Shown here: positions 49,403 through 59,195 of the stretch, one piece after another
How positions within the stretch are numbered: position 1 is the first letter of the stretch
How the letters are laid out: the number at the start of each line of letters is the position of its first letter
DNA from: a bacterium
GTDB lineage: Bacteria; UBA8248
Reading direction: 5' to 3'
Length of the DNA stretch: 64,000 bases
NCBI GenBank assembly: GCA_965219955.1
Contig: OZ244799.1
Location: 3,456,001-3,520,000 of the forward strand
The notes under the pieces: generated by a model
The model's database searches: none
Told to the model about the DNA's origin: nothing
The model's input: the letters and a program-made list of their open reading frames with translations, nothing else
Made by a program: the position numbers and the translations under genes

Positions 49403-50623
49403 TTAATGCGACTGCCACTCCACCTTGGAGAGGTCCACGCCCTCTTTCACCATCTCGTAAAGCGGGCTCATCTCGCGAAGCCGGTTCACGATGCCCGTCG
49501 TCTTCTCGGCGACGTAATCTATCTCCTCCTCGGTGGTGAAGCGCCCGAAGCCGTAGCGAATCGACGAGTGCGCCAGCTCGTCGCCCCGGCCCATGGACTT
49601 GAGCACGTAGCTCGGCTCGAGGCTCGCCGAGGTGCAGGCCGAGCCCGAGGATACGGCCACATCGCTCAGCCCCATGATGAGCGATTCGCCCTCCACGTAG
49701 GGGAAGCTCAGGTTCAGGTTGCCCGAGAGGCGCTTGGTCTCATGGCCGTTCACGTACACCTCATCGAGGCTCTCGAACATGGTGGCCCTGAACTTGTCGC
49801 GCAGGTTCGTGAGGCGGATGTTCTCCTCTTCCATCTCTTCCATGCACAACTCGGCCGCCTTGCCGAAGCCGACGATGCCCGAGACGTTCAGCGTGCCCGA
49901 GCGCATGCCCCGCTCGTGGCCGCCGCCGTCGATGATGGCGGACAGGCGAACGCGCGGCCTGCGCCTTCGCACGTAAATCAACCCCACGCCCTTGGGCCCG
50001 TAGACCTTGTGGGCGGAGGCCGAGAGGAGGTCGATTTTCATCTCGTCCACGTCGATGGGAATCTTGCCGTAGCCCTGCGTGGCGTCGGTGTGGAAGAGGA
50101 TGCCGCGGTCCCGGCACAGCGCGCCGATCTCGGCGATGGGGTTCAGCACGCCGACCTCGTTGTTCGCCGCCATGATGGAGACCAGGATGGTGTCGTCGCG
50201 CAGGGCGCCCTCAACCATCTCCGCCGTCGTGATGCCGTCCTCGGGGGGCTCGATGTAGGTGACGTCGAAGCCCCACGTCTCCAGGCGCTTGGCGGAGTCG
50301 ATGATGGCCTTGTGCTCGATCGCCGAGGTGACGACGTGGTTGCCCTTTTTCTTGTACATCTCGGCGACGCCCTTGAGCGCCATGTTGTCGGACTCCGTGG
50401 CCCCGCTCGTGAAGATGATCTCGCGCGGGTCCGCGCCGATGACGGCGGCGAGCTTCTCCCGGGCGTCGTCCACGGCCTTTTCCGCCTCCCAGCCGAAGCT
50501 GTGGTTGCGGCTCGCGGCGTTTCCGAACTTCTCGCCGAAGTAGGGGTTCATCTCATCCAGGACGCGCGGGTCCATGGGCGTCGTCGCCTGATAATCCATA
50601 TAGATGGGGAACTTCAAGCTCAT
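49403..50623 (-). CDS. iscS: Cysteine desulfurase IscS
   Basis: [36 protein letters not shown]. Confidence 0.96.
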   Translation of the reverse strand: MSLKFPIYMDYQATTPMDPRVLDEMNPYFGEKFGNAASRNHSFGWEAEKAVDDAREKLAAVIGADPREIIFTSGATESDNMALKGVAEMYKKKGNHVVTSAIEHKAIIDSAKRLETWGFDVTYIEPPEDGITTAEMVEGALRDDTILVSIMAANNEVGVLNPIAEIGALCRDRGILFHTDATQGYGKIPIDVDEMKIDLLSASAHKVYGPKGVGLIYVRRRRPRVRLSAIIDGGGHERGMRSGTLNVSGIVGFGKAAELCMEEMEEENIRLTNLRDKFRATMFESLDEVYVNGHETKRLSGNLNLSFPYVEGESLIMGLSDVAVSSGSACTSASLEPSYVLKSMGRGDELAHSSIRYGFGRFTTEEEIDYVAEKTTGIVNRLREMSPLYEMVKEGVDLSKVEWQSH

Positions 50624-51045
50624 CTGATCTCTCCTGCCGGCGTACCCACCATGTCTAGAAGGGTCATTCCCTCAAGCACGTCGGTCACCTTTTTCTGGAT
50701 CCTCTCCATGGGATAAAAAATCGTGCATTTCTCGTATTGTTCACAGCCAGCGGCGTCGCCGATCTGGCACGTCGCCATGGCGATGGGTCCTTCGATGGCC
50801 CGGATGACCTCGGCCACCGAGACGCTCTCGGGCCTGCGCGAGAGAACGTAGCCGCCCTTGGGGCCGTTTCTCGACTCCACGAGGCCGTTTTTGGCCAGAA
50901 GCTGCATCGTCTTCGCAAGCAACTCGGCGGGAATGCCGAACCTCTGCGCGATGGCGCGCGAGGTGATGGCCGCGTCCTCATCCTGCTCCGCGAGGTAGCA
51001 CAGGGCCATCAAGCCGTAATCCGTGCGCTTCGCAATCGCAAACAT
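50620..51045 (-). CDS. Rrf2-family regulator (IscR-like)
   Basis: [15 protein letters not shown] and three C-terminal Cys. First gene of the isc operon. Confidence 0.88.
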   Translation of the reverse strand: MFAIAKRTDYGLMALCYLAEQDEDAAITSRAIAQRFGIPAELLAKTMQLLAKNGLVESRNGPKGGYVLSRRPESVSVAEVIRAIEGPIAMATCQIGDAAGCEQYEKCTIFYPMERIQKKVTDVLEGMTLLDMVGTPAGEIR

Positions 51046-51123
51046 TCCGCATACCGCCTTGAATTATAGAGGATTATCGGTCAATTCCGACCATTTGGAA
51101 GCTGACGGCGTCTTTCCCCCACT

Positions 51124-51190
51124 AAATGCGACCCAAATGGTCGCCGACCCATCCAGTCGCATATATACGCCCCAAACGAGTTTCTGTCAA
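51124..51190 (-). promoter_or_regulatory. isc promoter with tandem palindromic Rrf2/IscR-like operators
   Basis: Minus strand TTGACA-N17-TATATA, immediately followed by ATATGCGACTGGATGGGTCG and GCGACCATTTGGGTCGCAT (two CGAC-N7-GTCG palindromes). Confidence 0.6.
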
Positions 51191-51279
51191 GGGTTTTGGC
51201 CATAAAATCAACACGTAAGCGCGGATGGGGAGAACCAAACGATGCTGCGTGCTTTCCTCCGGCCAAGGCGCGTCACAAC

Positions 51280-52452
51280 CTACCTCCCCCCTTTCACCAA
51301 CTCCCACTTGCCCTTTCGCACGCGCACCAGCACGAGGGAGTCGGCATCCAGGCCGTTGTGGTCGTTCTTGGAGAAGCCGTAGGTGCCGTTCAGCCCCGTG
51401 AAATACCGCGCCCCCTCCACGCCTGCGGGGATTCTCTCGCGGTTCGCGCCCACGCCCCGGGCGGACCACGCCAGAATGCGCAGCGCGTCGACGGCGGCGG
51501 CGGCCGTCTCGCCCGGCGCGCTCCTGTAGGTCTTCCGGTACTCGGCCCGAAACGCCATGAGTTCCTTCCTGGCGGTGTGCGATTCGCCCAGAAGATGAGC
51601 CGCCGTGGCCCACGAGGCGGGAAACACCACGCCCTCGGCGGCCTTGCCTCCGTTTCGGGCGCCGAGCATTCCGGGTGACGCGTGAGAAACGTAAAGCGGT
51701 ATCTTGAGGTCGAGTGCCGCGCGGGCGCGCACCAGGTCCACGCGCGACGCCCCTCTCGCCCAGTGCACGAAACCCCCGACGCCGCGCAGGGAGGCGCGCT
51801 TCAGAAAGGGCAGGAAGTTATGCTCTCCCGGCTTGAAGGATTCGTTCAAGAGGATGGACACGCCGAAATCGGGCGCGAGCGCCGTTATCTGCTCCCGGCC
51901 CTCGGAGCCATAGCCCAGGGATGAGCCCAGCACCGCCGCGCGCTTGATTCCCCTGCTTTTCAGGTGTCCCAGTATCAGCCGAACGGGCAGCGACGCGGGC
52001 CTTGCGGTGGAAAACACCCATTTGAGGGGGGGCGAGAGAATTTCCTCGGGCGCGGACAGGGTGAAAAGCGGTACCCTCTCCTCCTGGGCCGCTTTGGCGG
52101 CGGCGATGGCGGCGTAATGCTCGACGGGGCCTATCACGGCGACGGCTTTATGCACGCGAACGAGACTGCGGACGGCCGCCGCCGCCGCTTCGGGGCTTCC
52201 CCTGGTGTCGAGGGTGAGAAGAAAGATGCGACCGCCCGCGACGCCCCTGCGGTTGATTCGCGCCATTTCAAGCAAAAGCGCGCCTCTGGCCTCACGGCCT
52301 GAAGGCCCGCTCGGCCCCGACAGATCAAGCGCCAGGCCGACGACGATCCTGTCGGCCGGGGCCGCGTCCACGGCCCATCCGCCGACGCAGCAAAAGACCG
52401 CCAGCGCCGCCGCCCACTTCATGCGCCATCCGTTTTTGATCGCCACGCTCAT
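51280..52452 (-). CDS. Branched-chain amino acid-type ABC substrate-binding protein (LivK-like)
   Basis: DLSGPSGPSG, INRRG, AVIGP, FTGLNGTYGFS...HNGL. Confidence 0.8.
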   Translation of the reverse strand: MSVAIKNGWRMKWAAALAVFCCVGGWAVDAAPADRIVVGLALDLSGPSGPSGREARGALLLEMARINRRGVAGGRIFLLTLDTRGSPEAAAAAVRSLVRVHKAVAVIGPVEHYAAIAAAKAAQEERVPLFTLSAPEEILSPPLKWVFSTARPASLPVRLILGHLKSRGIKRAAVLGSSLGYGSEGREQITALAPDFGVSILLNESFKPGEHNFLPFLKRASLRGVGGFVHWARGASRVDLVRARAALDLKIPLYVSHASPGMLGARNGGKAAEGVVFPASWATAAHLLGESHTARKELMAFRAEYRKTYRSAPGETAAAAVDALRILAWSARGVGANRERIPAGVEGARYFTGLNGTYGFSKNDHNGLDADSLVLVRVRKGKWELVKGGR

Positions 52453-52528
52453 GTTCTATCATTACCCCGAAACTTGGAGCGCCGTCTCCGGAAACCCCAT
52501 ACACGCTTGATAACGGCTGGCCAGACGC

Positions 52529-53680
52529 ATGTCAAACAAACCGAAATACAAAACGGAGAGCACAGGCCTCTCTCCCTCAGGGCGCAGAAGCTTCAGAAGG
52601 CGCATCCTGAGCTGGTACGACAGGGAGAAAAGAGAACTCCCCTGGCGCGGGGAGAATGACCCCTACCGGATATGGGTCTCGGAAGCCATGCTCCAGCAGA
52701 CCCGGGCGGAGACCGTCCGGCTTCGCTATCCCGCCTTCATCGAACGGTTTCCCACATTGACCGCACTGGCCGACGCGCCCCTGGACGCCGTGCTGGCCGA
52801 ATGGCAGGGCCTCGGCTATTACGGCCGCGCGAGAAACTTGCACCGCGCAGCACAGCAGGTGGTGAACGACAACGAGGGCGAGATGCCCGGAACGCGCGGC
52901 GCGTTGCTGGCCCTCCCGGGGGTCGGCTCCTACACGGCGGGGGCGATCGCCAGCATCGCCTTCGGGGAGCGCTGCGCGGCCATCGACGGGAATGTCCTGC
53001 GGGTCATGAGCCGGGTTCTCAATCTCTCGCTCCCCGTCGACTCCCCACCCGCACAAAAGGCCATCCACGAAGAGGCGCAAGCGCTGGTTCCGCGCGCAAG
53101 GCCCGGCGACTTCAACCAGGCGCTGATGGACTTGGGCTCCCGAATCTGCCTTCCCAAAACCCCCGGTTGCGCGGGATGTCCCGTGCGCGATCTGTGCGCG
53201 GGGCATCGGGCGGGAACCCAGAGGGCCCTGCCGGTGAAAACCGCCAAAAAACCGCCCGCGCCGTATACCCTCTTCCAGTTCCGGGCGGAGCGGGACGGGC
53301 TGGTCCTGCTGACCCAAAGAGAGAGAACCGGCCTTTTCGGGGGCATGTGGGAGTTGCCCGGATTCATGCTGGAAGGCCACCACGAGAAGGCCGACTCCCG
53401 TCGCCTGAGAGCGCAATGCGCGAGGCTTCTCGGGCCGGGCTGGCGTCCGGGGCGTGAACTCGCCAGAATCACGAGAACGCTCACCCACAGAAAGATTCTG
53501 TTCGTCGTGTACCTGGCGGAAAATCCTGGTATGAATACGCCGCCCGCAAACCAGGACGGGCTGCTGTGGGCGTCCGGAGAGGATTTCCGCACGCTGGCCG
53601 TCTCCACCGCACAGCGGGCCGCGTGGCGCGCCGCCGGAAGCGCGCTTGCCGAGGGGGACGGAAAACAGGCCGACCGATGA
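52529..53680 (+). CDS. mutY: A/G-specific adenine glycosylase
   Basis: LPWR, WVSEAMLQQT, GLGYYGRARNL, LPGVGSYTAGA, DGNVLRV, Fe-S Cys motif and a C-terminal NUDIX-like domain. Confidence 0.94.
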   Translation: MSNKPKYKTESTGLSPSGRRSFRRRILSWYDREKRELPWRGENDPYRIWVSEAMLQQTRAETVRLRYPAFIERFPTLTALADAPLDAVLAEWQGLGYYGRARNLHRAAQQVVNDNEGEMPGTRGALLALPGVGSYTAGAIASIAFGERCAAIDGNVLRVMSRVLNLSLPVDSPPAQKAIHEEAQALVPRARPGDFNQALMDLGSRICLPKTPGCAGCPVRDLCAGHRAGTQRALPVKTAKKPPAPYTLFQFRAERDGLVLLTQRERTGLFGGMWELPGFMLEGHHEKADSRRLRAQCARLLGPGWRPGRELARITRTLTHRKILFVVYLAENPGMNTPPANQDGLLWASGEDFRTLAVSTAQRAAWRAAGSALAEGDGKQADR

Positions 53681-54071
53681 AGCCCGGCCCGCGCCGCCCC
53701 TTTTTTTGAGCTTTCCCCTTGAGGCGGGGATTATATACTTGATTAGGCGAAGAGGGACAACAATTCAAAATGATATCAAAAGGGGAGAAACTTTGACACT
53801 TCCACAACGAGGACAATACCGCTCCTGATCCGGCCAGCGGATATTCTCAAACCATTTTCCGGCGGAAAGCTCATTGGGAAACATTTGGAACAATTCAATA
53901 ATAGTGATACCCTTACGGAAGGGCTTTCCGGGAGCTTGCTTTATGCGCCACGATTTCTTCCTGCCTAACTATTTACAATAAATAAAGGCCGTTTAAGATG
54001 TGTTGTCAAATCAACTCCCATAATTATTTCAAAAAAGTCCAGATAGTTTTTCGGCTGGGGGAGGAACTAAC

Positions 54072-54314
54072 ATGGACGTATTAGACAAAGAGATTGTGGC
54101 GTTTGAAAAAATGCGCGAACAATTAGAGGCAAAACACATTGGCAAGTGGGTTTTATTTCATCAGGAAAAAATGATTGGAACATTTGATACTTTCAATGAT
54201 GCGGCACAAGAGGCCGTAAAGAAGTTTGGTGAAGGCCCATACTTAATTCGACAAATCGGCGCAAGGCCACAATCTTTGCCGGCATCGGTATTGCATTGGC
54301 CTATAGATGTCTAG
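54072..54314 (+). CDS. Small DUF5678-like protein
   Basis: AT-rich. FEKMREQLEAKHIGKWVLF...IGTFDTFNDA pattern and a GGAGGA RBS. Confidence 0.65.
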   Translation: MDVLDKEIVAFEKMREQLEAKHIGKWVLFHQEKMIGTFDTFNDAAQEAVKKFGEGPYLIRQIGARPQSLPASVLHWPIDV

Positions 54315-54747
54315 TGTAGATTGTGGTTTTTCTAATGGAGATGATCTTATCAAGTATGGACCAACTTTGTTGGTAGATGTCGGTTTTGATCCAAATTTTG
54401 ATACCAAAATGGAGGGAGCGATTCCAATACCTTCAATCCAGCAGATTCATGCTGTTGTGGATACTGGAGCTACAATAAGTTGCATTGATAAGCAGTTAGC
54501 AAAACAGTTGAATCTCCCAATTGTAGACCGTGCTAATTTTGGTGGGATCAGTGGCAACTATCTGGCTGATATGCACGCAGCCCAGATATACATTCCTGCG
54601 CTAGATTTTATACAATATGGCTCCTTTGCCGGCGTTGATTTGATTTCTGGAGGGCAAAGACATTTCGTTTTAATTGGTCGAACATTTCTAAGTAGTTTTC
54701 AAATGAACTATGATGGCACCACTGGAAAAGTTATGATTAGCAGGTAA
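54307..54747 (+). CDS. Retropepsin-like (clan AA) aspartyl protease
   Basis: AVVDTGA catalytic motif and LIGRTFL C-terminal motif. Overlaps the upstream gene by 8 nt. Confidence 0.82.
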   Translation: MSSVDCGFSNGDDLIKYGPTLLVDVGFDPNFDTKMEGAIPIPSIQQIHAVVDTGATISCIDKQLAKQLNLPIVDRANFGGISGNYLADMHAAQIYIPALDFIQYGSFAGVDLISGGQRHFVLIGRTFLSSFQMNYDGTTGKVMISR

Positions 54748-54787
54748 TTTATTCTTGCCTGGTTACGTATATTATCCCCCCTGAAGC

Positions 54788-55690
54788 CTACCTGCCGAAG
54801 TGGTCCGCCAGGTAATTCTCGAGCGTTCTGGGCGTAAGGCCAAAAGTCTCTTTCATGGGAGAAGGGTCGCACACGTTGTCTTCGCCCAGCATCGTTATCT
54901 GATCCTCGGTGAAGGGGGGCTTCATCGGCAGCATGTTGAACAGCTTGGCCTGCAAGCGCGCGATGGCCGTGGGCAGGGGCACGAGCAGCCTCTTCTTGCC
55001 CATCGCCTCGACCAGCATGGAGAGAATCTCCCGGATCGGGTAGGCGGTGTCTCCGCCCATGTCGTAAGTCTGCCCGATGGTCTCGGGCATGGAGAGGCAT
55101 TGCGCGAAACAGCGGCAGACGTCTTCCACCCAGATGGGCTGGAGCTTGCCCCCTCCTCCGCCGATGAGGGGAAGAGCGGGCGCCATGCGCGCGATGCCGG
55201 CGAAGGTGTTCAGGAACTCGTCGTTCTCGCCGAAGATGATGGAGGGCCTGAAAATCGTCCAGTCCAGCTCGCTCTCGCGAACGAACTGCTCGGCGGCGAA
55301 TTTGGATTTATGATAGCGGGCGACGGCGTTTTCCCTCGTGCCCAGTGCGCTCATGTGCACGAAGCGCTTCACCCCCGCCTGCTCGGCGGCGGCCACCATG
55401 CGGCGCGTGCCCTCGGTATGGACCGCCTCGAAACCGGGCGTTCCCTTCTCGATGATGATGCCCACCAGGTGGATCACGGCGTCTTGTTTCTTTATCAGCT
55501 CGGCGAGCTGATCGACCGAATACTCCGTGATGTCGCCGCGCACGGGAAAGGCCCCGCTTATCGAGGTGAGGCGCTGCCTCGCCGGTTCGGGGTCGCGCGA
55601 GAGCGTCCTGATCTCATGGCCCGCCAGCGACAGAAGCGAGAGAAGCGTGCCGCCGACATATCCTGTTCCGCCCGTCAAGAAAACTTTCAT
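54788..55690 (-). CDS. NAD(P)-binding SDR, complex I NDUFA9-like family
   Basis: TGGTGYVG, HLVGII, HMSALG, YHKSK, FRPSIIFG, QPIWVEDV. Confidence 0.88.
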   Translation of the reverse strand: MKVFLTGGTGYVGGTLLSLLSLAGHEIRTLSRDPEPARQRLTSISGAFPVRGDITEYSVDQLAELIKKQDAVIHLVGIIIEKGTPGFEAVHTEGTRRMVAAAEQAGVKRFVHMSALGTRENAVARYHKSKFAAEQFVRESELDWTIFRPSIIFGENDEFLNTFAGIARMAPALPLIGGGGGKLQPIWVEDVCRCFAQCLSMPETIGQTYDMGGDTAYPIREILSMLVEAMGKKRLLVPLPTAIARLQAKLFNMLPMKPPFTEDQITMLGEDNVCDPSPMKETFGLTPRTLENYLADHFGR

Positions 55691-55726
55691 GATTCACTAC
55701 CTCCCCCACGAAGCGGATGAATCCGC

Positions 55727-56995
55727 TCAGCGTTCGCCCCCGATGCGCGTGACGGCGCCCACCGGAGGTTCGTTCTTCGTCAATTCCCGCAATACCTCGC
55801 TCGCATAGGCCCCCGGCGGCAGCGTGAAGAAGAGGCGCAGGCCTTCCTTTTCCGGCCTCAGGCTCTCCTCTTTCATCCGTACGCGATACGGGCGTCTGGA
55901 GCCATGAAGATTCAGGCTCTCCAGCCCATCGAGAACGCCCGGCCCCCCGGCGCGGAGGGATTCTAGCACGCTTCGTTCGAGTTTTCCCGCCTCCCCGCGG
56001 GCATCCACGAGTTTTCGGCCGACCAAGGGTCCCGCCGGACTCACCTCGAAGCGCTCAAGCGCGCGCGCCTCTTTCCCGGGCGCGCCCACCCTTCTGGTTT
56101 TGCCCGTTTCATGGTGAAAAATCACGTCGCCCACCCAGATTTCAGCGTGCGCGCGCGCTTCGAGCCTTCTTGCGAGACAGAGGTTGAACACGCACGCCTG
56201 AAACGCGCCGCCGTACAAGACCCGCTCTCTCGCGGGAATCGAGGCCAACGCCTGCCCGGGCGAAGCGCCTTGCTCCAGGCGGGCGAGCGCACGCCTCTCC
56301 GCCTCCCAGGAAGGGGGATAGAGCTCCCTCGCCCTCCCGAACGCGCCCGCCTCATACCTGCGGGCGGCCTCCAGCAAGCGCTCATCCGCATCGTTTCGCG
56401 TGAACGTGAATCGCTCCGAACCCAGGAGCGCATCCAAAGCGCCGCGCCAGTCTCCCTTCACGAGCGCGAAACCGACTCGCGCCGTATGGCCGTGAACCCC
56501 GAATCTCTGATCGCCGAACGCGTTGGGCAATCCCCGCTCGGCGAGGCGATCCAGAATCTCCCGCGCTCTCTTTTCGGCATCGGGGCCGACGTCCCGAACC
56601 AGGATCTCGAAACGATTCCCCGCGAGCGCGCCGCGCCTCATCCGGGTTCGAGAGCGCGCCGCCTCGAGAACCCGTATCCCGTCTTGCTCCAGCCCCAGGA
56701 CGGCGCCCGGAACCTCCTGTGTTTTCGTCTTGAAGGAAAGCCACTGCCGGGTCACCGCATCGGCGTCCTTCAGGCCCGCATAGCCGGCTTCCGTCTCGGG
56801 GACGTCCAGCGCCCCGCACAGGGAGCGCAGCGCCTCGATGGTCGGTACGCCGCGCTTCTCCACCCACAGGTGGAGATGCTCCCCGTCGCCGCTCGGGGGC
56901 GCGAGCGGAATCTCCTCCACGCGGAAATCCTCCGGCCTCGCGCGCAGGCGCCCGCCAATGCCGGGCACGGAACCGGTGAGATACGTCCCCTCCAT
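55727..56995 (-). CDS. truD: tRNA pseudouridine(13) synthase
   Basis: PEDFRVEE, AGLKDADAVTRQW, GNRFEI, PNAFGDQRFG, FTLPPGAYA. Confidence 0.92.
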   Translation of the reverse strand: MEGTYLTGSVPGIGGRLRARPEDFRVEEIPLAPPSGDGEHLHLWVEKRGVPTIEALRSLCGALDVPETEAGYAGLKDADAVTRQWLSFKTKTQEVPGAVLGLEQDGIRVLEAARSRTRMRRGALAGNRFEILVRDVGPDAEKRAREILDRLAERGLPNAFGDQRFGVHGHTARVGFALVKGDWRGALDALLGSERFTFTRNDADERLLEAARRYEAGAFGRARELYPPSWEAERRALARLEQGASPGQALASIPARERVLYGGAFQACVFNLCLARRLEARAHAEIWVGDVIFHHETGKTRRVGAPGKEARALERFEVSPAGPLVGRKLVDARGEAGKLERSVLESLRAGGPGVLDGLESLNLHGSRRPYRVRMKEESLRPEKEGLRLFFTLPPGAYASEVLRELTKNEPPVGAVTRIGGER

Positions 56996-57152
56996 TCCCC
57001 CTCCCCCGGAACCCCGGAAAACGAGCCGTTTCGATTCCTGCCCCGGCCTGCCCGGTCGGTTCACTCCTTGCGTTCTTGGGGCTATACTCGCGGTTCCTGC
57101 GGAGCGAATCCACCCGGCGTCATTTGTGTTTCACTTTCTATGAGGAACGAAC

Positions 57153-57671
57153 ATGTCCGGCATTTTCGACAAGACTTCTCTTTTTCTCGCGGGCATCGCG
57201 CTGCTCCTGGCGTTTCTGGCGTACCAGAAAACCGGGGAACTGCCCTGGGCTCCCGCGGGCCGCGCGGGAAGCCTCATCGTGACCATTCTTCCCAAGCTCA
57301 TGATCGGCATGTTCATCGGTGCGCTCGTGGCCGATGTCCTGCCGAAGGAGATCCTGCAGAACTGGCTCTCCGATCGCTCCGGCTGGCGCGGCATCTTCAT
57401 CGGATGGCTGACGGGGTTCATGTTCCCCATGGGCGCGCCCTTCGTCCTCTATCCGCTCGTGGCCGGGCTGTTGCAGGGGGGCGCGGGCTTCGGGCCGATG
57501 ATAACGATGCTCACCTCAGCGGCCCTGATCGGCCCGGTGCGCGCGTTCGCGTATGAAATCCCCATTCTCGGAACGGAGTTCTTCACCTTCCGCGTCATCT
57601 CGGTGTTCTGGATTCCGCCCGTGGCGGGCGTCGTCGCTCAAACGCTCGCGCGCGTCCTGAAAGGCGGCTAG
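57153..57671 (+). CDS. Predicted permease (DUF318/ArsP-like half-size membrane protein)
   Basis: Hydrophobic. LP....G.......VLPKE....WL...G and PMGAPFVLYPLVAGLLQGGAG pattern. Confidence 0.65.
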   Translation: MSGIFDKTSLFLAGIALLLAFLAYQKTGELPWAPAGRAGSLIVTILPKLMIGMFIGALVADVLPKEILQNWLSDRSGWRGIFIGWLTGFMFPMGAPFVLYPLVAGLLQGGAGFGPMITMLTSAALIGPVRAFAYEIPILGTEFFTFRVISVFWIPPVAGVVAQTLARVLKGG

Positions 57672-58567
57672 GCGCTTCTTCGGGGAACTTCGATGGGCAG
57701 ATCTTCGCGATCGCCCCATTCCTTCCAGGAACCGAGATAGTTCCTGATCCGCGGGTAGCCGAGCAGCCGATAGACGAGATAGGCGTGCGCCGAGCGGTAG
57801 CCGCCCTGGCAGAGCGGCACCATTTCCTTGTCCGGCGTCAGGCCCCTCGGCGCAAGCAGCTCCCGCAGTTCGGAGGCGGGCCTGAGCGAGCCGTCCGCCG
57901 CGATGGCCTCGCTCCATTCGAGGAGGATCGAACCCGGAATCGCGCCTCCGCGCGCGGCCCGGACGTTCTCGGCGAAATACTCACCCTCCGAGCGCGTGTC
58001 GTGAATCGCAACGTCGGGATCGCCCAGATGGTCCAGTATGTAATCCGCCGTGGCGATGCGCCCTTCTTCATACGGCTTCAAACGGCTCGCGAACGCGGTT
58101 CTTAAAATGCGCCTGTGGCCCCCGATGCCCGCCTCGTAGGGGCCTCCCGCCATCGGCCAGGCGTCGCGCGTTACGGGCAGCCCCTCGGCCTTCCAGGCGT
58201 CGATGCCACCGTCCAGAACGTGCGCGTCCTCATGGCCCAGGTATTCCAGGAACCAGAACCCGCGCGCCGAGCGGAAGCCCGTGTTCTCCTGATAGAAGAC
58301 CACCGTCTTGTCGTAATCGACGCCCCGTATCTCCATGAGATAGGCAAGCATCCAGGTGAAGGCCGCCAGCGCCTGCGGGCGGGTGTCGTTGAGCGAGATT
58401 CCGTACAAGTCCAGGTGTGCTGCGCCCTCGATGTGGCCCGCGCAAAACTCGGGCGCCTGGCGGGTGTCGATGATGACGAGGTCATCCCCCTTGCGCCCGC
58501 CGATGCGCTCGGCGAGTTGCCCCGGCGTGAGGGCGAGACCCGGATTCACGTAGCCCTTGTCGCTCAT
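57668..58567 (-). CDS. Tandem-domain sulfurtransferase (rhodanese/MST family)
   Basis: GHIEGA, VLDGGIDAW, GAIPGS, active-site CQGGYRS, YLGSWKEWG. Confidence 0.9.
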   Translation of the reverse strand: MSDKGYVNPGLALTPGQLAERIGGRKGDDLVIIDTRQAPEFCAGHIEGAAHLDLYGISLNDTRPQALAAFTWMLAYLMEIRGVDYDKTVVFYQENTGFRSARGFWFLEYLGHEDAHVLDGGIDAWKAEGLPVTRDAWPMAGGPYEAGIGGHRRILRTAFASRLKPYEEGRIATADYILDHLGDPDVAIHDTRSEGEYFAENVRAARGGAIPGSILLEWSEAIAADGSLRPASELRELLAPRGLTPDKEMVPLCQGGYRSAHAYLVYRLLGYPRIRNYLGSWKEWGDREDLPIEVPRRSA

Positions 58568-58577
58568 CGGCAACGCC

Positions 58578-59123
58578 TTACCTGAACTCGCGCGGGCTGA
58601 GCGGCTCGAGCCTGTCCGAGAGTTCCCTCGTTGCCGGCGAAGCCTGGAGCGGGCGCACGTAGACCTTTGCCTTCCCCTCCGGGGTGACGAACCGGTAGCT
58701 CAGCTTGGCGACCTGGCCGTAGTTGTACCAGACGTGCGTGTTGCGCTCCCCGCCGGTGACCAGAAGCAGATGGATCATCTCGACCGCTCCCCCCGAGCCG
58801 GTGATGATCTCGAGCCGGTCGATCTCGCGGGCGAAGGTTTCGGCTTTCCCCGTCGCCAGGGTAATCGTGACGATGAGGTCCAGCGGGCGCTGCGGCTCCG
58901 CGGGCGTCAGGGGAGCCTGCTGCGGCATCGCGGGCGCAGGCGGCGCCAGGGTCGGGACCGCCGGAGGCGGCTGGCCCGGAACCGTGCCGGGCGAAGCGGG
59001 CTGCGCTTCGGGCGGGGTGAGCGGCGGCGGCGTCAAGCTCTGCGCCCCGGCGCTCACCGCCAGAAAGAGCAGTCCAAGAATCGCGATTTGCAGCGACAGA
59101 AACCGTCTTTTTTTTGAACGCAT
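58578..59123 (-). CDS. Hypothetical exported protein with Pro-rich linker
   Basis: Signal peptide (AGA|Q), a Pro/Ala-rich stretch and a globular C-terminus. AAGGAG RBS. Confidence 0.7.
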   Translation of the reverse strand: MRSKKRRFLSLQIAILGLLFLAVSAGAQSLTPPPLTPPEAQPASPGTVPGQPPPAVPTLAPPAPAMPQQAPLTPAEPQRPLDLIVTITLATGKAETFAREIDRLEIITGSGGAVEMIHLLLVTGGERNTHVWYNYGQVAKLSYRFVTPEGKAKVYVRPLQASPATRELSDRLEPLSPREFR

Positions 59124-59195
59124 AATACTCTCCTTTTCCGGGGAGCCGTGTTTCGTTTTTTTCTTGAGTCGTATGGGGAATTATACCCACATATC

